From a virus: 64,000 nt of DNA. Position 1 is the first letter of the stretch, and each line of letters begins with the position of its first letter. The stretch spans positions 6,940 to 70,939 of the IMG/VR virus record IMGVR_UViG_3300032236_001259; one strand, 5' to 3'. Shown one piece after another: positions 57,374-64,000 of this stretch. Below the pieces are notes generated by a model. The model was given only the letters and a program-made list of their open reading frames with translations, was not told the origin of the DNA and did no database searches. The position numbers were made by a program, and so were the translations under genes.

Positions 57374-58950
57374 TGGAAGGAACTCCGGTATCTCTTAAAG
57401 ACATAATAAGAGACGAATACATAAAATGTGCTAAAGACCCTATATACTTTTTAAAAAAGTATGTATATATACAGACTAGTAATGGTAGGATGCTTTTTAA
57501 TCCATATCTGTTCCAAGATAAATTGCTATTTTTATTAAATAAACACGATAGAACTATAATTCTTAAATCTAGACAATTAGGTATCACAACTCTTTGTGCT
57601 GCATATAGTTTATGGTTAATGATTTTTAGTAAAGATCAATCTATATTAGCTCTTGCTCCAACTCAAGAGAAAGCTAAAAATATCGTAGATAAAGTAAGAT
57701 TCGCTTACGCCGAATTGCCTAGCTGGCTTAAAGTACCATCATCTGAAGACAATAAATTAAGTTTAATATTAAACAACGGATCAAAAATTAAAGCTGCTTC
57801 TGGAGCATCTGAGAGCGCACGTGGTTATACCGCTAACGTTCTTATATTAGATGAGGCTGCATTTATAGATAACGCTGAAGATTTGTGGGGATCTGCCCAA
57901 CAAACATTAGCAACCGGCGGTAGAGCTATTGTGTTATCTACACCAAATGGTATTGGACAATGGTTTCATCAGATATGGAATTCATCTGAAATGCAGGATA
58001 ATGATTTTATTCCTATTAAATTACCATGGAATGTTCACCCTGATAGAAATCAAGAATGGAGAGATAAACAAGATAAGGAACTAGGTAAAAGAATGGCTGC
58101 TCAGGAGTGCGATTGCTCATTCCTAAGCTCAGGTGATACTTATTTTGAGAATGAACATCTAGAATACTATGAAAGTAATATTGTAGATCCAATAGCTACA
58201 GAAGGACCTAAAAATGATCTCTGGATATGGTCTCACCCTATACCAGAACGCAATTATATGGCCGTAGTTGATACCGCTAAAGGAGATGGATCTGATAGTT
58301 CAACTATTCAGATAATTGACACATATAGCGGCGCACAGGCTGCAGAATATAAAGGCGATGCCGATACAAATTCTTTATCTAAAATGGCTATAGCGTTAGC
58401 TGTTAAATACAATTTAGCATTGTTAATAGTTGAAAATACTGGTTTAGGACATGCTACGATTAGTGCTATTTTAGAGATAGGATACAATAATATTTATTAT
58501 TCACCCAAAGGGGATACATTAAATGTGAGTCAATACATGACTCAGTTTTATGAATACGATATATCAAGAATGACACCAGGCTTTACTACTTCTACTAAAA
58601 CAAGACCAGAAGTTTTATTAGCAATGAAGAATTATGTAAGAGATCATTCTATACAAATATTCTCAAGAAGAACTGTTAATGAGATGAGAACTTTTGTATG
58701 GAAAAATGCAAAACCACAAGCTCAAACCGGTTATAATGATGATTTAGTAATGGCATACGCAATTGGATTATATTTAAGAGATAGTGCTATTCAATATCGC
58801 TCTCAAGGTATAGATATGCAACGTGCTGTATTAAATAATATTTCAAAATCATCAACTTTCTTACCAGTAGGAGGATTTAATCAAGGAAAACCTAATCCAT
58901 ACCAGATGAATGTTAATGGTCAGATGGAAGATATTACTTGGTTAATATAA
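57373..58950 (+). CDS. terL: Terminase large subunit (gp17-like)
   Basis: KSRQLGITT, ILDEAAF, LSTPNG, VDTAKG.G.D.S, DDLVMA. Confidence 0.95.
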   Translation: MEGTPVSLKDIIRDEYIKCAKDPIYFLKKYVYIQTSNGRMLFNPYLFQDKLLFLLNKHDRTIILKSRQLGITTLCAAYSLWLMIFSKDQSILALAPTQEKAKNIVDKVRFAYAELPSWLKVPSSEDNKLSLILNNGSKIKAASGASESARGYTANVLILDEAAFIDNAEDLWGSAQQTLATGGRAIVLSTPNGIGQWFHQIWNSSEMQDNDFIPIKLPWNVHPDRNQEWRDKQDKELGKRMAAQECDCSFLSSGDTYFENEHLEYYESNIVDPIATEGPKNDLWIWSHPIPERNYMAVVDTAKGDGSDSSTIQIIDTYSGAQAAEYKGDADTNSLSKMAIALAVKYNLALLIVENTGLGHATISAILEIGYNNIYYSPKGDTLNVSQYMTQFYEYDISRMTPGFTTSTKTRPEVLLAMKNYVRDHSIQIFSRRTVNEMRTFVWKNAKPQAQTGYNDDLVMAYAIGLYLRDSAIQYRSQGIDMQRAVLNNISKSSTFLPVGGFNQGKPNPYQMNVNGQMEDITWLI

Positions 58951-59036
58951 TAATATGATATTTATATATATTAATAACGTATTTTTATATATACAAAAAA
59001 TAAAAATAATTAATAAAATTTAAATTACCGATATAC

Positions 59037-62000
59037 ATGGCAGTAGATAAGTCACTTTTTCCTCGATTGAAACGTTTATTCTCCACTGACGTTATTATAA
59101 GAAACGTAGGAGGTAAACAATTGCGTGTAATGGATGTGGAAAGAATACAGTCATTCGGACAACTTCAGACTAATTCTTTAGTAGATAGATTTACTCGTTT
59201 ACACAAGTCTGGACAAAGAATGCAGTTTAACCCTACGTTAAACTATCAAACTTTACGTTTACAATTATACGCCGATTACGAAGCTATGGATACCGATGGT
59301 ATTATAGCTAACGTTTTAGATATTCTATGTGAAGAATCTACTTTAAAAGGAGAATCTGATGAGGTTTTAACTATTAGAAGTTCAAACGAAAACATACAAA
59401 GAATTCTATATAACTTATTTTATGAAGTTTTAAATATAGAATTTAATTTACCTATGTGGATTCGATCAATGTGTTTACATGAAAATACCATCATTCCTCT
59501 GTTAGATGGTACTGAAATGTCTATAAAAGACTTATCTGATAAATTTAATAGCAAAGATTCCGGCGATATTTGGGTGTATTCAGTACAGGAAGGAACCAAT
59601 CAAGTAGTTCCAGGTAAAATCAAATGGTGTGGACTAACTAGAGAAAAAACTACCATAGTCAGAGTCACTTTAGACGACGGTACGTATTTAGACACTACTC
59701 CAGATCATAAGTTTATTATGAGAGACGGAACTAAAGTGCAAGCTTGTGATTTAAAAGAAGGGAACAGTTTAATGCCTTTTTATACCAAAAAAAGTTCCAA
59801 AACCGCCGATGGCATGGAAGGATATGAAAAGATATACAATCCGATGTCTGATAAATACAATATTACTCATAGACTGATAGCACATGAATGTCATGTCAGA
59901 AATATAAAAGAAGAAGTTAAAGAAGGTGGAAGATATGATACTCACCATATAGATTTCAACAAGAGAAACAATGCTCCTACTAATCTGGTAAGATTAAAAT
60001 ACGAAGATCATCTCAAATTGCATACTGACCTATGTAAAGAAGTATTATGGGGAAATCCTGAAATAATTGAAAAAAGAAAATCATCTATACAAAAATGGCT
60101 TACGTCTGATAAAAGAAAATCTGATATGAGTTCTGCGATGAAAGGTATTTACCCAGAAGCCTTTAAATCTTATAATGATAGCCCAGAACATAAAAAACAT
60201 AATTCTAAAAGAGCGGAAAGCATTAAAAAATCTTGGGAAACAGGAAAAATAAAAATAGTAAAGATTGGTCTAGACGCAGAATGTATAGCATATATATCTC
60301 AATATATACAGAATAAAGACCGATATGTAACTATAACTGAATTATTAGAATATCTAAAGAATGATAAAACATTTGAATCTTTATATGCAAATGCCAATAC
60401 AGAGTATACGAGAGATTTTAAAAAGACCTTTTACATCACCGCTTTCAGCACATTGATAGAAAGAGCAACAGGTATGAAATATCATCGTTTTGTAGCGTCT
60501 ATTGTCAGCAAAGCGGTAAATGACGATAATTATAAAAGACAAGATGGTATATATGCGGAAAAAGCATTAACTAACCATAAAGTAGTTAGTGTGGTGTATA
60601 TGAATGAACTATCAGATACATATTGTATGGAAGTAGAAGGACCTTCAGGTGAACAAGATAGACATAATTTTGCAGTATGTAGCAATAATGTAGACGGTAC
60701 ATATAGCAGAAATGGTGTATTCGTATCAAACTGTAAATATGGGGATTTCTTTTTGAAATTAGATATAGCAGAAAAATTCGGAGTTTATAGCTGTAGACCA
60801 TTATCTGTTTACGATATGATTAGAGAAGAAGGTCAAGACCCAAATAATCCGTCATATATAAGATTTGTCTACGATCCGGTATCAGTAGCGGGTGGTACAA
60901 CAGCAACAAAAAATAAAGAATATTTTGAAAATTTTGAAATAGCACACTTTAGATTATTGACTGATACTAACTATCTGCCTTTTGGCAGATCTTATATCGA
61001 ACCTGCTCGTAAATACTTTAAACAGTATATTCTTATGATGGATGCGATGTTATTACATCGTATTATGAGAGCTCCTGAAAAGCGTGTATTTTATATAAAT
61101 GTAGGAAATATCCCACCTAATGAAGTTAATGCATTTGTTCAACAAACTGTTAACTCAATGAAGAAAACTCCATTTATGGATCAGAATACGGGGGACTATA
61201 ACCTTAAGTTTAATGTTCAAAACATGCTAGAGGATTTTTATATCCCAGTTCGTCCAGGAGACAATACTACAAAAATTGATACCACAAAAGGATTAGAATA
61301 TGCAGGTATAGAAGACGTTGAATTTTTAAGAGATTTAATGTTAGGGGCTTTAAAAGTACCTAAATCATTTTTGAACTATTCCGATGAATTGAATGGTAAA
61401 TCTACTATCAGTGCTTTAGATGTTCGTTTTAGCCGTTCTATTGAAAGGCTTCAGAGAATCATTTTAAGTGAACTTGAAAAAATAGCTTTAATTCATTTGT
61501 ATGTTCAGGGATTCGAAGATTCCGAACTAGTTAATTTTGAATTAAAACTAAATAACCCTTCAATTATTTATGAGCAAGAAAAGATTGCTTTAATGAAGGA
61601 AAAGGTAGCTTTAGCCGGAGATATAATGGAAAAGAAATTATTTTCTAGTGATTATATTGGGGATAAGATATTCCAAATGAGTCAAGAGCAGATATTAGAA
61701 CAAAGAGAATTGATAGCACAAGATGCGCAAAGAGCATTTAGATATAATCAAATTCAAACAGAAGGTAACGATCCTAGCATTTCTGGAGAATCTTATGGTA
61801 CGCCACATGATTTGGCTTCGATTTATAAAAATAATGCTAGTGGAAAAGAAGATGTACCAGATGATTATGATGAGATTTCAGATGTTAATAAGCAATTAAA
61901 AATGGGAAGACCGAAAGAAAAAGCTTCTATCTATAAAACAGATAAATCCGCATTTGGTAGAGATCCATTAGGATCTTCAGGAATGAAAAAAGACGGCGAT

Positions 62001-62159
62001 GATGGTAAATTGACTTATAAAAATAAACCTAGCGCATACGCTTTAGAATCTATGAAGAGGGTAAAAGACAGTAAAAAGAAGAAATTAATGATTTTTGAGC
62101 AAAAAAATGAAGAACCTGACCTTTTAAATGAAGAAAAAGTAATCGGAGATAATATTTAA
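59037..62159 (+). CDS. Portal protein (gp20-like) containing an intein
   Basis: DAMLLHRIMRAPEKRVFYINVGN, MLEDFYIP, ALKVPKSFL, DVRFSRSIERLQ. Confidence 0.92.
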   Translation: MAVDKSLFPRLKRLFSTDVIIRNVGGKQLRVMDVERIQSFGQLQTNSLVDRFTRLHKSGQRMQFNPTLNYQTLRLQLYADYEAMDTDGIIANVLDILCEESTLKGESDEVLTIRSSNENIQRILYNLFYEVLNIEFNLPMWIRSMCLHENTIIPLLDGTEMSIKDLSDKFNSKDSGDIWVYSVQEGTNQVVPGKIKWCGLTREKTTIVRVTLDDGTYLDTTPDHKFIMRDGTKVQACDLKEGNSLMPFYTKKSSKTADGMEGYEKIYNPMSDKYNITHRLIAHECHVRNIKEEVKEGGRYDTHHIDFNKRNNAPTNLVRLKYEDHLKLHTDLCKEVLWGNPEIIEKRKSSIQKWLTSDKRKSDMSSAMKGIYPEAFKSYNDSPEHKKHNSKRAESIKKSWETGKIKIVKIGLDAECIAYISQYIQNKDRYVTITELLEYLKNDKTFESLYANANTEYTRDFKKTFYITAFSTLIERATGMKYHRFVASIVSKAVNDDNYKRQDGIYAEKALTNHKVVSVVYMNELSDTYCMEVEGPSGEQDRHNFAVCSNNVDGTYSRNGVFVSNCKYGDFFLKLDIAEKFGVYSCRPLSVYDMIREEGQDPNNPSYIRFVYDPVSVAGGTTATKNKEYFENFEIAHFRLLTDTNYLPFGRSYIEPARKYFKQYILMMDAMLLHRIMRAPEKRVFYINVGNIPPNEVNAFVQQTVNSMKKTPFMDQNTGDYNLKFNVQNMLEDFYIPVRPGDNTTKIDTTKGLEYAGIEDVEFLRDLMLGALKVPKSFLNYSDELNGKSTISALDVRFSRSIERLQRIILSELEKIALIHLYVQGFEDSELVNFELKLNNPSIIYEQEKIALMKEKVALAGDIMEKKLFSSDYIGDKIFQMSQEQILEQRELIAQDAQRAFRYNQIQTEGNDPSISGESYGTPHDLASIYKNNASGKEDVPDDYDEISDVNKQLKMGRPKEKASIYKTDKSAFGRDPLGSSGMKKDGDDGKLTYKNKPSAYALESMKRVKDSKKKKLMIFEQKNEEPDLLNEEKVIGDNI
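59472..60731 (+). mobile_element. 420-aa intein with HNH endonuclease
   Basis: CLHENT start; TTPDHKF block B; HHIDFNKRNN; ends FVSN with Cys +1. Confidence 0.88.
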
Positions 62160-62185
62160 TAATATTTATAGAAGACTATAATAAA

Positions 62186-63028
62186 ATGAATTTGAAACAC
62201 AATAAAATTCGGAATACTGGTATCCTATTTGAGCTATTAGTGCGTCAGATAACTACGGATACTCTCAATAACAAGGAATCTATAGCTGTAGATATCCTTA
62301 AAAAGCATTATAATAGTAATCAATTGGCTAAAGAGTTTAAAATATATAAAACTTTGGCAAATGCTAAGAATTTATCTGAGGCTAAAGCCAATATAGTTAT
62401 CAATGCTGCTATTGAGGCATACAGGAAATTAAATAAATCTCAATTAAAAACTGAGAAATATAATTTAATTTCTGATATTAAGAAAAATTATAATTTAAAT
62501 GAATTTTTCAAAGCTAAAGTTGAAAATTATAAAACTCTAGCTTCGATATACATGCTTTTTGAGATGGATCGTTCCAAAGATCCTAACCCAGAAGAAGATG
62601 TGAAATATAGATTTTCTATTATGGAAGATATTTGTACTCCGGAACATAAAGAAGAGAAAGATGCCATAATAGAAGAGTACAATTCATACGATAAAGGAAC
62701 CAAGGCCTTGGTCTACAAATTGTTAATTCAAAAATTTAACGATAAATACTCCAACTTAGACGATAATCAAAAGAACTTACTAAAAGAATACATAAGTAAT
62801 ATATCAACTTCAGAAAAGCTGAAAGAATATATGAATAATGAGTTTGTAAAAGTAAGAGAAAAAATTATTAAATACTCTAAAAAACTTAATGACGAAGTTA
62901 GAAAGGTTAAACTTTCTGAAGTTTTAAATTTTATAGAAGAGATTCCTTCTAATCGTCAAATCTGTGAGAAAGACATACACAATTTGTTGTATTACTATGA
63001 GCTCATAAAAGAATTTAAATCATTATAG
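62186..63028 (+). CDS. Conserved-looking head-cluster protein
   Basis: KHNKIRNTGILFELL start; follows the portal; late motif at 62162. Confidence 0.6.
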   Translation: MNLKHNKIRNTGILFELLVRQITTDTLNNKESIAVDILKKHYNSNQLAKEFKIYKTLANAKNLSEAKANIVINAAIEAYRKLNKSQLKTEKYNLISDIKKNYNLNEFFKAKVENYKTLASIYMLFEMDRSKDPNPEEDVKYRFSIMEDICTPEHKEEKDAIIEEYNSYDKGTKALVYKLLIQKFNDKYSNLDDNQKNLLKEYISNISTSEKLKEYMNNEFVKVREKIIKYSKKLNDEVRKVKLSEVLNFIEEIPSNRQICEKDIHNLLYYYELIKEFKSL

Positions 63029-63033
63029 TAAAA

Positions 63034-64000
63034 ATGAAATTGATTAAGGAAAATACTGAAAAACATAATTATCAGATTTCATTTAAATCTCATAGAACTT
63101 CAAAACAGCCATCTGTTTTGATTAATTTTATGAGAGAATTAACAATAGAAGAAGCAAAAAAAATAAATGCCAGTGTAGGAAAACTTGTAGTTTTTAAACC
63201 ACGCGAAGAAATACCCGAAGATCCAAAGGATATATATTTATCAAAAATATATTTTTATAAAGTTGAATCTTTTGTTTTAAAATATTCTATTCTCACAAAA
63301 AGCCAATACGAGTTATCCAAACGAGGAAATGATTATAAAGATAAATCAGACAAAGATTTATTTAATATTAGGCCAGTTACTGTAGATGAAATTATAAAAA
63401 TCATAAAAAGAGAACCTTTTGAAGATTATGGTGATCTTATAGCAGACTATATTCAATATATCTCTCTAGAGACAAATATAAAAGATCTTGAAAAGAATAA
63501 AAATAGAATAGAGGTAAAACAAAAAGAAAAAAAATCAAATCAAATGTTTACCGGTAAATCCGATAAAGAACCAGATGAAAAAGAACCGGATACAAAAGGA
63601 TTTCAAAAACAAAAATCAATAGAGAAAGATAGTCCTAAAAAAATAGCAGCCGAGATAGCTTATGATTATGATCTTGATAAATATATTAATTCTATAATAA
63701 AAAGATATAACGAATGGAAAGATCCCTTATCTCCCACTTATGGCAAAGATTCAGCAAAGGTTTCTTTTTTTGATAGTTTAAATAAAATGTTAGATTTATT
63801 TGATAAATTCAAAACAAGCGATGAGGTTAAAGAAGAAATTATAGTTTATTTAATAGGTAACAGATTACAAGATAAACAACCCGGTCTATTTAAATTGATT
63901 AAATCTGAATATGATAAAAGATTTAAAATGAACATAACAGAATCTAAAAGAAAAATAAAAGAAATGTCCGGAACCGGTGGTACCGGAGGTAGTGTAGCAG
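63034..64000 (+). CDS. Partial late gene running off the window end
   Basis: ATG at 63034, MKLIKE..., frame open to the end. Confidence 0.6.
   Translation, partial: MKLIKENTEKHNYQISFKSHRTSKQPSVLINFMRELTIEEAKKINASVGKLVVFKPREEIPEDPKDIYLSKIYFYKVESFVLKYSILTKSQYELSKRGNDYKDKSDKDLFNIRPVTVDEIIKIIKREPFEDYGDLIADYIQYISLETNIKDLEKNKNRIEVKQKEKKSNQMFTGKSDKEPDEKEPDTKGFQKQKSIEKDSPKKIAAEIAYDYDLDKYINSIIKRYNEWKDPLSPTYGKDSAKVSFFDSLNKMLDLFDKFKTSDEVKEEIIVYLIGNRLQDKQPGLFKLIKSEYDKRFKMNITESKRKIKEMSGTGGTGGSVA

Overview
A 64-kb, AT-rich segment of a large T4-like (myovirus) phage genome. Its host is most likely Bacteroidota, judged from TAnnTTTG promoters and AT-rich leaders without obvious Shine-Dalgarno sequences. 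The left ~24 kb is mostly minus-strand early/accessory genes: a MoxR AAA+/VWA pair, an RNA-repair trio (RNA ligase, P-loop kinase, phosphoesterase), thyA, thioredoxin and five paralogues with hypervariable Ala-rich cores. The right ~40 kb is plus-strand: gp55-like late sigma factor, baseplate proteins, GH19 endolysin, primase, putative internal-head proteins, TerL and an intein-containing portal. Three things stand out. (1) A largely non-coding locus at ~13.9-16.4 kb holds a ~725-nt candidate multi-domain RNA bracketed by two tRNA-like elements, three tandem promoter repeats sharing an AUAAGC-loop hairpin with that RNA, and two chromosome-type parS sites. (2) A virion gene with a mucin-like Thr tract is followed by an HPAT/SRGT-like and two GT2 glycosyltransferases, inserted inside an apparently split structural gene. 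(3) Many late proteins share an N-terminal M-K-F/L-x-x-L-L-x-E leader. All calls come from reading motifs by eye; no searches or folding were run.
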